This document shows positions 40,909-53,560 of a DNA stretch of 64,000 nucleotides, piece by piece. The stretch is from Octopus sinensis. Lineage: Eukaryota. The first letter of the stretch is position 1. Each line of letters opens with the position of its first letter. Below the pieces are notes generated by a model, which saw nothing but the letters and a program-made list of their open reading frames with translations, was not told where the DNA came from and did not search any database. The stretch covers positions 1-64,000 of the forward strand of contig NW_021832551.1 of the NCBI RefSeq assembly GCF_006345805.1, written 5' to 3'. Made by a program: the position numbers and the translations under genes.

Positions 40909-42130
40909 ATTGTTTATATATATATATATATATAGATGTATGTATATATCTATACATACACACAACAAACACACACAGAGGTGTTGAGAAGGGAACTAAC
41001 GGACTAATCAGCAGAGTGGTTTGTATATTCAACACTTTATATAAGTGTTGGTGTTGGATTTTCAGAACAACGCCAAGGTTCACTCTGAAATTAACCATGG
41101 TCTTTCTTGATAGCCATGCGCCAGGATGAGAGCTTAATGTGAGATCTTCGAATTCTTGTTACTACCATATATATGTGAGAAACAGAGGGAGTGAGGGAGG
41201 GAGAGAAAGAGAGAGAGAGAGATAACATCAATAACTACCGAATGTATGGAAGGTATGGAAGGGATGAAAGGAAAGTGGACTGTCGCTTGATTTGATAGAG
41301 AAGCAGAATTGTATAACATAAGGCCTTTTGTCCTGCGCTGTGCACTCTTGGCCATGATACCTATCACGAAGTTGCTCAAAGTGACGCAAACGAAAAGAAT
41401 TGATTTCAGCCAATGGAAATTGACGATGCAATTTGGTTATTAATATATGACACACACACACATACATACACATACAAACATAGACACATAGGCACGTAGC
41501 ACACACGAACGCACAAACAGACGTACGCCCAGCGTGCATCGCACATCAACAATATCACACGCCGCAAATCGATATCACACAACAACACATATCAATAATG
41601 TCACACATCAAACATCAATATTATCACAGGTCCACAGATTGATAATGATATCACACGTCACACATCAGGAAGGACATTAATAACAATCATGACAGAAGGT
41701 TACAAACTGAGATTTGGTGGGAGGCGGAGTCGCGTAGAGATGGCGGAGAAGCGGGTGGTGTGGGTGATGGTGGCGGAACTGGGGTGGTTGGGAGAGATTA
41801 GCCGATTCGATCGACCTCATTGAATACTTTGAAAATCGAACCATCAAAATCGATTAGTCGGAGGTGGATCTCTAGTCAGCCAAACTTGTCGCGACCCCCC
41901 CCCACGCACCGCAACAATTTATTATTGTCACACATTCGCACAGTAGTAGTAGTAGTACTAGTAGTAGTAGTAGTAGTACTGATTGTTTTTGGTTATGATT
42001 CGTGTAAACCAATATACATATATAAATCGACGAATGTATGTATGTCCATATATATATATGTGTGTGTGTGTGTGTCTGTCTATGCTTGTGTGTGTATGTA
42101 TATAATTATATATATATATATATATATCTA

Positions 42131-42164
<34 letters not shown>

Positions 42165-42277
42165 AATATATAAATGTACGTATCTATATTCATTTATATA
42201 TATGTCTATATATGAATATATGCATATACATACATACATACATACATATATATATTATATATATTATATATTATATA

Positions 42278-42323
<46 letters not shown>

Positions 42324-42394
42324 TATGTAGGTCCCGGGTTGAATCGGGGTTAACCACAGTAAATAAGGTACTCAATACAAAGCAGAGTAAATTA

Positions 42395-42479
42395 ATTTAT
42401 TTTATAGAAGGAGCTTCCTGATGATTTCTTTTGAATGAAACAGTTCTAGTCCTGTAGAAGCTCCTTCTATAAAATAAAT
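42395..42479 (+). ncRNA. type-I hammerhead ribozyme with canonical core and 23-bp stem I
   Basis: ..GGAGCUUC-CUGAUGA-UUUC(UUUU)GAAU-GAAA-CAG(UUCUAGUC)CUG-U-A|GAAGCUCC.. Confidence 0.8.
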
Positions 42480-42496
42480 ATATATATTATATATAC

Positions 42497-42571
42497 TAGC
42501 TGAAGGTGACCCGATCTACGCGCGGGTAAGAGTGTGGTATATATATAAATGTATACAAATTATATATATAT

Positions 42572-42618
<47 letters not shown>

Positions 42619-42885
42619 CAGATATATACTTTGTATATATACATTAATATACATATTTATATATAGATACACATACACAAACACACACATATATATAAAT
42701 TAATTTCATTTTTGAGGCCTCTGCTAATGTCCTGTGTAAGTGGTCGTCATTGAGAAGTAGTCCGCGCCTCAAACATGCTTCCCTGTAAGTGGCGCAGATG
42801 ATACCATCAACCGTGCGAAGATCAGCAAAAGACTTCGGTCCAGTAACTACATGAAGCAGCATTCTCAAAAATGCTGGTGGAATAC
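42497..42885 (-). mobile_element. Helitron 3' end plus RepHel linker coding fragment
   Basis: LRMLLHVVTGPKSFADLRTVDGIICATYREACLRRGLLLNDD; terminal hairpin ACCCG..CGGGT followed by CTAG|T. Confidence 0.8.
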
Positions 42886-42924
42886 ACAGCATTCTCAAAA
42901 ATGCTGGTGGAATGCAGCGCTGCC

Positions 42925-43190
42925 TTGACTGGCTTCTGTGCTGGTGGCACGTAAAAAGCACCAACCGATCGTGGCCGCTGCCAGCACCCCTGGCACCTGT
43001 GCCGGCGGCACGAAAAAAGCACCCACTACGCTCACAGAGTGGTTGGCGTTAGGAAGGGCATCCACCAGTAGAAACACTGCTAGATCAGACTGGAGCCTGG
43101 TGCAGCCTCCTGGCTTCCCAGACCCCTGTCAAACTGTCCAACCCGTGCTAGCACAGAAAACGGACGTTAAACGATGATGATGATGATGAT
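42925..43190 (+). mobile_element. RTE-type 3' tail/SINE ending in (GAT)n
   Basis: GGTTGGCGTTAGGAAGGGCATCC..AACCCGTGCTAGCACAGAAAACGGACGTTAAACGATGATGAT. Confidence 0.6.
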
Positions 43191-43880
43191 GATTCTCCCT
43201 CTTTGTTTCTCTCTCCTTTCTCTCTCACTTTCCCACTCTCTTACTCTTCCTTTCTCTCGGACTCTACCTCGCTTTCTCTTACTCTCTATCTTTATCTATC
43301 TCTCTCCCATTTATAAACATCAAAAGATCTTGAGTAAGTTGAGAAATAAAATATTTATAAAGATTAATCATAAATATCAGGCAGTAACAACGGAAAGGTC
43401 TGCTTCAAGGCAGACAGCAAAACACTGACATTTAAAAGGGACAGACGAACTTGCGAGCTGAATAAAAATAATAAAATATTGGAAACCAAAGTTTGAAGGG
43501 ATAGAATTTGAGGTTAGTAGAGTCACCATGGCTGGCATTTTTTAACGACGGGCAGCAACGTATTGACAGTTCAACGGCTGGCGTAAAATTATGAACTTGA
43601 TGTAAAAGAAAAATCCCTAAAAACCAAGTTTTGAATTGATTCTTTCTCACGACAGTAGACTCACGATGGCAAGCATTCAAAACTTCTTCATCATGGACGG
43701 CAACACATTGACGATTAAAAGGCTGGCGCAAATTTTTTAGCTTGATGTAACAGAGAATGCTAAAAACCGCCTCCTTTAAATTTAATCCCCTTCCAGCCCC
43801 ATTTAGACCCCTTTTCACATTTTGGTTAATATAACCCGATTTCATTTGGGTCTACTGGGGCCACATTTTATAAGATGAGG

Positions 43881-44134
43881 ACTCAACCAAGTTTCCCGAG
43901 TTCTGGTCATAGACCATAGAACTCTCAACCAAGTTTCCCGAGCTCTGGTCATAGACCATAGAACTCTCAACCAAGTTTCCCGAGCTCTGGTCATAGACCA
44001 TAGAACACTGAAGCAAGTTTCCCGAGTTCTGGTCATAGACCATAGAACACTCAAGCAAGTTTCCCGAGTTCTGGTCATAGACCATAGAACACTCAAGCAA
44101 GTTTCCCGAGTTCTGGTCATAGACCATAGAACAC
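43881..44134. repeat. 42-bp minisatellite, 6 units, each with a hairpin
   Basis: Units start at 43881 (short), 43921, 43963, 44005, 44047 and 44089; each contains GTTCTGGTC-ATA-GACCATAGAAC. Confidence 0.95.
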
Positions 44135-45399
44135 TTAGCTAAAATCTAGTTTCTATCTAGTCTGAACCAATCAATCCGCCGCAGTCTCATCCACACCAGA
44201 GCTTACTCAACCATGTTCCAGTTCCAGCGACAGACGACCAGACCAGCTAGTCATGTTCCTGCTCCAGCCAATGACGACGCTAACATACACCAGCAACGCC
44301 ACCGACGCCTTCATCTCAACGTCGCCTTTCTCTGCCGTCGCCATCACCATCGTCGTCCTTCACCTTCACGTCGTCTCCATCTCCGTCGCCTTCATCTCCA
44401 GCAACACTAATATGTACATAGCACTCATTCAGGTTTAGCTTTCACGCTGTTATGATTTTCACCGAGGTTAACAGCAGAGCACTACCTGCGAGATCTTCTG
44501 TACCAATGTAACTTGGCACAGCATTGAAGCCACAACAACTACACGACATGTGTTCAACCGGCATCTGCACTTGTGATCCGAACATCCTGTTACAGAACGA
44601 ACTGCTATTATGTACTTTACTACAAACTGGTAAATTAACTCCATCTTGTCTGAAATACCCTGAGAGACTTTTCCTATGCGCTGTATTTTGTTTTGCCTGC
44701 ATACACCTTGTTTGTACTTCTGTCGCACACACGAACACACATAGTTAATACACACACAAATGCTATCTCTGTCACATTCATACGCTACACATGCCTTTCT
44801 CGCTTGTTTTCCATGCTCAATGTGCCCTTGTAAACACAACTCATCTCTGTAAGACCCTAGGTCGGTCACACATACATAGAGAAAGTTGTTTGTCCCTTAC
44901 AACGCGCCAGCATGCCACACTTTTGTTCCTGCACGACCGAGGCATATAATAGCTCAAGCACTGGCTGGCAGCCTCAGCCTTACCGCATTAATCACTGGGA
45001 TATTCAATACTGTACACTGTATTTCAGCCTAGCAAGCCCTATTGCACTCATGCACCTCTGTTCTGCACGTGTACTCCCTTGTTTTGCAACACGTCTGCGT
45101 CAGCTCAATTCTTCTCCCGACTCAAAGCATGTCGGATGTTCACATGCGCTGCGCTCATGTGTAGGCATAATTTCCCCCTGATAGACCCCTGTTGGTTACG
45201 TAATTAACAGAGAAAATTATCTGTCTCGCACCCAAGTTGCACCCAAAAAATGTAAAGAAGCAACCAGTTCCCTTTACGTAACTATCAAAAAGTATTAAAA
45301 AGTTTAATATACATAAATACAGATATATACACTTTGTATATATACATTATATATACATATTTATATATAGAACACACACACACATGTATATAAACGCTC

Positions 45400-45795
45400 G
45401 TTGGTGTGTTCTGTTTGTATTTGGTCGATGGGCGCGTTGACAGGCAGACAATAGAATGCGGTGGCGATGGCGATGGAATATTTGTTTCTCTGTATGAATG
45501 CAGACAGATACATGAGTAAAAATGATGGGAAGCTAAGAGATAGAGTGAGTGGAAATGTTCTTACATTAAATAACGGGAGTGGATGAAGGGGAGTGAGAGG
45601 GTAATATAGGAAATAGCGTGAGTGAGGAAGATGGCCCCTAGCAACCACACCTTTTAAGATATGGATTTCTAAGGTAGCCCACTGGTATCGTCACCTCATT
45701 CTACATGTCCCTGTAAATTTTGGAGCGAATCGGACGGGTCGTAGTGGCATTGAAAGCGATCCAAGCGGTAAAAACGCATTTCAGTTATATATATA
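45400..45795 (-). mobile_element. probable non-autonomous Helitron 5' segment
   Basis: Minus strand reads TATATATATAACTGAAATGCG..CCGATTCGCTCCAAAATTT, like the 5' motif at 46326. Confidence 0.5.
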
Positions 45796-45820
45796 TATAC
45801 ATATGCATATATATATGTGA

Positions 45821-45861
<41 letters not shown>

Positions 45862-46291
45862 CCAATAAATGTACGCACACACACACACACACAAACAAAC
45901 ACGCAAATACACATAGCATATAAACACCACAAATCTACCATAACGTAATTGCTATCTCACACCGCAAACAATAAATCCTACAAACAATTACATTTCTGTG
46001 AAACCTTTCCCTAATAAACTAAAACCTTCTCCATGATTCAAATAATTACAAGATCCTTAAAGACCTTGGCGTAAAATCCATTACATCAAATATGGTCCCA
46101 TATCTATATATTATCAAAATAACAAACTATGACCTGTCATAAGGACTCTACGCTGTCAAACTAAGTGTAGAAACTTGCATGCAGACACACAGATAAGTAT
46201 GTATGTTTGTATGTTTATACACATACACACACACTGACATGCAGATATTTCAAAACTAAAAAGACACCCCTCATGTTATATGTATATGTCA

Positions 46292-46327
<36 letters not shown>

Positions 46328-46611
46328 CTATATATATATATTATATAAAATCGTTCTGTCTGTCTGTGTGAGTGTCTTCTAGTATCTCGGGCATCCTCCA
46401 TCCGATTGCGCTCAAATTTGATATGCAGATACCGACGGTATCAGGGCGTGTATAAGTCTTGAAAAAATTACAAAAATCGATTGCAGGTGAGAATGCGATC
46501 GATAAAGCCGTGGGAACGTGCATTTGTACGCGCAAGTACATCAGCTGTTGCGATCGATACTACGCGTACACGAGAAAAATGCACGTGCAGTTTGCGCAAA
46601 AAAGTCGGCCT
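46328..46611 (+). mobile_element. non-autonomous Helitron 5' segment, truncated at a palindrome
   Basis: A|TCTATATATAT..AAAATCGTTCTGTCTGTCTGTGTG..CCGATTGCGCTCAAATTTG. Confidence 0.6.
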
Positions 46612-46779
46612 AACAATTGTTTCATTATTAATGTTATATGCAATTTTACTTACACAACATCCATAAATCTTCAGCAGAGGTTTGTCTTAAATACAATTTA
46701 TTAAGACAAACCTCTGCTGAAGATTTATGGATGTTGTGTAAGTAAAATTGCATATTACATTAATAATGAAACAATTGTT
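46612..46779. repeat. long palindrome: 79-bp arms, 1 mismatch, 10-nt loop
   Basis: 46612-46690 is the reverse complement of 46701-46779. Confidence 0.95.
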
Positions 46780-47059
46780 CAGGGTTAATCTATTTTTTCG
46801 TTGTGTTTCCCTTACCTTACGTTAAATGTAGTGGTATCTCTACTTAAAAACAACTTTTAGTGGCTATACCTTTAGCGGAGCTATTTTTAGCACTAGAGTG
46901 AACCACATAGTGGTCACTCTAATATTTACGTATAAATTTGTATTTTCCCTTGGTTTTTATGTGCTAAGCCACTTGGTGTTAAATTGATGGTATTATTAAA
47001 TTAATATCAAATTTTTCACCCTCATTTATAAATATATATATATTTAAAACTAATGTAGG

Positions 47060-47216
47060 ATAAAATTCTTCTTTCGGGGAAAACAACGAGCTAGGTTCCT
47101 AACTGTGTTTTCACTTGGGGCATCTCTCACTTGAAAATGCCAACAAAATGCTCTGAGGGTTTCAATAATCGACCCTTGATTTTGATAGACCAATTTCACC
47201 CTTTGGGTGCACTGTG
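47060..47216 (-). mobile_element. possible Transib-like terminus (CACAGTG)
   Basis: The minus strand begins CACAGTGCACCCAAAGGGTGAAATTGG; no partner end found. Confidence 0.4.
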
Positions 47217-47289
47217 CGGTGCCATATTTTTACATGATTAATTTCCTTGATGTAGTCCATAAAATCCTTGAAAAGAAAAGGAAAATGTC

Positions 47290-47348
47290 AAAAACTAAAA
47301 GAATTATCGACAATTGCAATCCCTCGGTGGCATTTGGGCCACCCTGTA
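47290..47348. mobile_element. Tc1/mariner TIR end
   Basis: TTTGGGCCACCCTGTA, the reverse complement of TACAGGGTGGCCCAAA. Confidence 0.45.
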
Positions 47349-47362
47349 TATGTACACACACA

Positions 47363-47443
<81 letters not shown>

Positions 47444-47464
47444 TAGATAGATAGATAGATAGAT

Positions 47465-47507
<43 letters not shown>

Positions 47508-48108
47508 GCAGAAAGAGTGAAGGAAAGACTTAGAAAGAAAAAAATAGTGAAGGAGAGAGAAAGCAATGTGTGTGCATGTGTAGGTGAGCGGTTAATAAGA
47601 GAAGTGGATCTACGCAAACGTACAAACACATGTATATATTTTGTTGCGTTATAAACGCTATTGAATACCTCTTAACAAATGATAAAACTGGAGATGCGGG
47701 GATGGGGTGGGGTAGAAACTAAAGATTCATTTAAAAATCAGCGTCTAAAATGCATTGTGAAAAGATAAGTTTCATCTCTCAGGTGAAAAACAAAACTTTA
47801 ATTTTTTTTTCTTAATAAGTTATCTAACTGTGACACAAAGCAGGAAACCTATTTGTATAACGGATAGATATGGAATCAGAAGTGTGCGCGCGCGCATATG
47901 TGTGTGTGTGTGAGAGAGAGAGAGGAGTGAGTGTGTGCGTGTATATATTATATAATATATATATATTATATTATATATATATATATAAAGAGAGAGGAGA
48001 GAGGAGAGAGAAAGAAGTGTGTGTGTGTTGTGTACAAACAAGCTGGTGTGTGAGTATCCGTGTATAAGGTATATGTGTGTTGCCTATGCATAAGAATGAG
48101 TGCATGCG

Positions 48109-48141
<33 letters not shown>

Positions 48142-48283
48142 TGTTTGTAGGTATGTATAAATATGTATATATATATATATATATAATATATATTATAATA
48201 TATTTGTTTGTATGTATGTATAAATAGTATATATAGATATATGATATGTATATTATGTATAATATGTATATATATGTCTATGT

Positions 48284-48326
<43 letters not shown>

Positions 48327-48690
48327 CCACACACGTGCGTGTGTATATGTGCACAATTCTATGTTTGTACACGTGCACGTCCATGTCGTGTTTATGCCTG
48401 TGTGTTGCGAGTGTGTTTCGTTGTGTTTGTGCGCAGGCGCATTTGTATGTGTGTATGGATGTAGCTGAGTGTGTCTGTGTATGGTTTACCTATATTCACG
48501 TGTGTACATACTGTTGACAAGCAATTGAAAGGTTACATACACACACACACAAACACGCACATACACACACACAATACATTTGAGTGAGTGGCGTTTGTTT
48601 GACCAATGCTTAAACACCCACGTATATTTGCTTTCTCTTTATTTCTCCTTCCCTTATTGTGTTCATGTCTCTGTGTGTTTGTGTGTGTGT

Positions 48691-48764
<74 letters not shown>

Positions 48765-49293
48765 GTAAATAGACAGATATAGATAGATGCATACATACAT
48801 ACATACATACATACATGCATACATACATACCCAATATGGAACCGTGTAGGTTACAGCGTGCACGCATGCACACACACATATAAAGATACATATAGAGAGA
48901 GAAAAAGAGAGAAAGAGACAGACAGACAGAGAGTGAAAAGCAAACACGAATAAACAGATACACACACACCACACACACACACACACAAAAATATATATAT
49001 AAAGCAAATAATTAGAAAATGGAGAAAACCACAGAATAACAAACACATCGATTGGACCACATTTATAGCTTTTGTTTTAATACAAATCATAGCATAAAAA
49101 ATAGGTGACGTAACATATCTGCATTGGTTCCTGATAAGCTCTTGTTTATCTGTTGCTATCTGCACTGTACGTGTGTGGTGTGCCTGCATACCATTGCCCG
49201 GGGCTAATACGGGTAACGGATACCGATAGAATATATGGATATGGATATTTTATCCCTTAGTCGGTTACTATAACCGCTAACTCTGTTTTTTAC

Positions 49294-49411
<118 letters not shown>

Positions 49412-49476
49412 TAGATATAACATATATTATACATATATATATATGTATAGATAGATAGATAGATAGAGATAGATAT

Positions 49477-49525
<49 letters not shown>

Positions 49526-49566
49526 GAAGATAGATAGATAGATAGATCGATAGATGATAGATAGAT

Positions 49567-49598
<32 letters not shown>

Positions 49599-50006
49599 AG
49601 ATAGATACACTCACACACAGAAAGACAGAGAGAGAGATGGTAAGAGAGAAAACGATTTCTCCGATGAAGATGTTGACCAATCGCTAGATTATAGGGAAAG
49701 GTGAAAATAGTTTTGCATCGTCCCAGCTTTCCTAAAATGTCCACTAAGACGTCGATAAACTGATATATACTATAACTGGGAATCGATACCGAATCGTAGA
49801 ATTAGCTCATTGGAAACTGCGGAAAAATTCTCGGTTTCACCCAACTCAATACTGCATACTACCACAGAAATATTTAAGTGTGGGGAGAGAGTATTAAATA
49901 TTGAGGGACATTCATTCAGTTGCCGTAAGTTTCGCAGCAATTGCTTTAATCGGAATTCGAAGCTACTTTGCTTGGGATTTTATGGCATATGTTAAAAAGA
50001 ATAGTG

Positions 50007-50383
50007 GCACTCCGTCGGTTACGACGACCAGAGATCCAATTGATCCGATCAACGGAACATCCTGCTCGTGAAATTAACGTGCAATTGGCTGGGCATTCAG
50101 CAGACACGTGTACCCTTAACGTAGTTCTCGGGGAGATTCAGCGTGACACACAGTGAGACAAGGCTGACCCTTTGAAATACAGGTACAACAGAAACAGGAA
50201 GACATTAAGAGAAAGTTGTGGTGAAAGAGTACAGCAGGGTTCGCCGCCACTCCGTGGCGGATCCTCGTGGAGCTTTAGGTGTTTTCGTTCAATAAACACT
50301 CACAACGCCCGGTCTTGGAATCGAAACCGTGATCCTACGACCGCGAGACCGCTGCTCTAGCCACTGGACCATTGCATCTCCAC
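50007..50383 (-). mobile_element. tRNA-derived SINE family C
   Basis: Minus-strand head GGAGATGCAATGGTCCAGTGGCTAGAGC..GGTTTCGATTCC; tail TCGTAACCGACGGAGTG. Confidence 0.9.
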
Positions 50384-50419
50384 TATGTCTATATATGTAT
50401 GTATTATATATATCGTGGA

Positions 50420-50774
50420 ATTCCGTCGGTTACGATGACGAGGGTTTCAGTTGATCCGATCAACGGAACATCCTGCTCGTGAAATTAACGTGCAAGTGGC
50501 TGAGCACTCCGCAGGCACGTGCACCCATAACGTTGTTCTCGGGAAGATTCAGCGTGACACAGAGTAAAACAAGGCTGGCCCTTTGAAATACAGAAGAGTG
50601 AAAGAAAGTAGTAGTGACAGAATACAGTAGAGGTCACCACCACCCCCTGCTGGGACCTCGTGGAGCTTCAGGTGTTTTCGCCCAATAAACACTCACAATG
50701 CCTGGTCTTGGAATCGAAACCTAGATCCTACGACCGCGAGTTCACTGCCCTAACCACTGAGCCATTGCACCTCC
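50420..50774 (-). mobile_element. tRNA-derived SINE family C (adjacent second copy)
   Basis: Same head and tail as 50007-50383. Confidence 0.9.
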
Positions 50775-51319
50775 ACATTAAAAAGAATATTGAACAAAAG
50801 AATTATATTGATCTTGTGATTGTTACTGTTATTAAGCCGAGCAAGCAAAATTGTTAAAACGTTGCTAAAAAATTACCTTGAATTGTTCCTTCCAGCAATT
50901 TAGGTTCTATAAGTTCAAATCCCGCCTGTGTCAACTTTACCTTTCAGCACACGGGATTCGACGCAACGATGTACCACAAGTACCAATCAAGTATTAAAAA
51001 AACTAGTGCTTTCGGAGCTGAATGCTTTGCCTCGCCTTATGAGTTCCTCTGAAACTTAATTATTAGTTCCGTATTTAACTTAATTTTTTTTTAATTTCGA
51101 GTAATTGAATAAATATTCTGAACACTGTGACCGTTTGAATTTTAAGGACTCAAATGTTGATCTATATACATTTTGATATATTCTTTTTTTACAATACTTT
51201 CACGTTGTTGTTATTGCTGCTGCTGTTTCTGCTGCTGATGATGATGATGACGACGACGACAACGAGATGATGATGACGATGACGACGACGACGAAGTCAC
51301 TGATGATGATGTTGTGTTA

Positions 51320-51895
51320 AGGCGGCTAGATGGCAGAAACGTTTGCGCGTCGGGCGAAATGCGTAGCAGTATTTCGTCTGCCGTAACGTTCAGAGTTCAA
51401 ATTCCGCCGAGGTCGACTTTGCTCTTCATCCTTTCGGGGTCGATAAATTAAGTACCAGTTACGCACTGGGGTCGATATAATCGGCCCTTGTTTCTCCCCC
51501 CCCCCTGTGTTTAGCCCCTTGTGGGTAGTAAAGAAATAGGTATTTCGTCTGCCGCTACGTTCTGAGTTCAAATTCCGCTGAGGTCGACTTTGCCTTTCAT
51601 CCATTTGGGGTCGATAAATTAAGTACCAGTTACGCACTGGGGTCAATATAATCGACTTAATCCGTGTGTCTGCCCTTGTTTGTCCCCTCTGTGGGTAATA
51701 AAGCCCCTTGTGGGTAGTAAAGAAATAGGTATTTCGTCTGCCGTTACGTTCTGAGTTCAAATTCTGCCGAGGTCTACTTTGCCTTTCATCCATTCGATGT
51801 CGATAAATTAAGTCCGAGTTATGTACTGGTATCAATCTAATCGACTGGCACTCTCCCCCAAAATTTCGGGTCTTGTGCCTAGTGTAGAAAAGAAT
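51320..51895 (+). mobile_element. SINE family A trimer
   Basis: GTATTTCGTCTGCC units at 51369, 51540 and 51729 with the same junction as the 32.4-kb array. Confidence 0.9.
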
Positions 51896-52699
51896 ATTGT
51901 TGTCCTGTTATTCTTGTTGCTGCTATTGTTGTGTTGGTGTTGTTCTTATTGACGTTGTTGCGACTTTAGCTGCTGCAGTGTGGTTACTGTTGATGTTGTT
52001 CCTTTAATGGATATTTTCATAGCTTATTGTGGTTGCTGCTATGGCTGAAATTGTTCTTGTTACTCTTGCCGTTGCTGATATTGTTGATGCTATTTACTGT
52101 GGTTATTATTCCAGTTATTGTTGTTGCAACACTTCTTCACATTGATAATGTTGCTTTTGCTGTTGTTGTTGTCGTCATCATTGGTGTTATGATTCTCCTT
52201 GTTGTTGTAACATTTGCCATTCTCGTTGTTTTCTTCTCCAGCTTCAAATATATCAGAAGTCACAGATATAAAACGGTAAAGATTTATTTTGACATCGACA
52301 CAGATAAATCCCTTTGTGTGAAATGGAATAAAATGCGATCGTTGGAAATCCCTTCATTCATTACTGGTACCTATTTTATGACTCGCGGAAAATGGAAAAT
52401 AAATATTTGTGTTATTGGTGTCAATAACCTTCCTTAGGTTATAAAAACAAAAAAAAGACATCTCAGTATTTCTTGAAATATATTGTTAATATTGGAAATA
52501 TTGTTGTTTATGGTGTTTGATTTTATCGTATTTGTTCTGGATAAGATTCGTATAAATATATTCGGTGTCTTCAAAAAGTGATACACGCTTTAAATGATTA
52601 TAAAGTCTGTGTTTATTAAAATATATATCATTTTCAAAATTTTATAAAATCTGTTGATGGAATTTTATGTCTCCTATTTATGGAGTGCTTTTTTTTTTA

Positions 52700-53560
52700 A
52701 TGATGACCATTCTGGTCAAAGTGCTGCTCATTATGCGATGTAATAGAATCGCAAACATCAAGAAATATTCTGTTTGGTATTTCTGCGTATTGTAGTTCAA
52801 TGGCTGCCCTCAAATCGTCGACTGTTGGTGGTTTTGTGCTGTAAACGTCATTATTTGAGTATGTCCTACAATGAACGCAGAGAATATTCTGCTAAATCTC
52901 TTCGTTCAATCTACCTGTTTGGCAGAATAACACGAAATAGGCTTTTGCAATACGATGGTAGTGTTGGGGATCTCCCAACTTGCTGGAAATAAAGTGTTAC
53001 ATCTCCAAAGTCCTCCTGAATGCTTAGAATGACAGACTCTCGTAGCAAGTTCAAGTAAATGTGACCAGCCACACTATCATGGTTCGGTTAATCTTATACA
53101 GAATAAGCCGCAACATACAATAACTCCTGGTAAACTAACGTGATGTTCCTTCGTCATATGCGGATTTTCATGTCCTCATTAGGTGCAGCTGTGGCGGGTA
53201 ACTGAACCGTTTAATTTAAATGTAGCCTCAACTCCCCAGACAATCTTTGTTGAAATGTGAATTTCTTTTACACCACTTTCCAAGTACCACACCTAAGACC
53301 TCTTCGAATCATCTTCATTGAGAGGATAGTGTGTTCTTGGAATAGAACTTATCCAATGAAAACGCTTTAAAAACACAATGAACACTTGATTTTGAAATTC
53401 CCATCTTACGACTCGCTTGACGCAAAGATTTTCTTGAATTCTGGTACAATGTTTCCAGTGTTCATTCTTGTTTTGTTTGACTAGTCGATGTCTGCTGTAT
53501 AACAGAACGGTTCTTGTAGACATTCTTAACTGTTCTATCGGCTTCAAACCTATCTCTAAT
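52700..53560 (-). pseudogene. rosa/DD41D-like Tc1/mariner transposase remnant
   Basis: [73 protein letters not shown]. Confidence 0.75.

Noticed and set aside
43881-44134. CRISPR-like appearance of palindromic repeats
   Set aside because: Units are contiguous with no unique spacers, there are no cas genes, and the context is eukaryotic.
44440-45180. Possible piggyBac cysteine-rich domain
   Set aside because: Cys spacing does not match and no DDD motifs were found.
46894-46921. Small hairpin TAGAGTG-A-ACCAC(ATA)GTGGT-CACTCTA
   Set aside because: Isolated 12-bp stem with no context; likely internal to a MITE.
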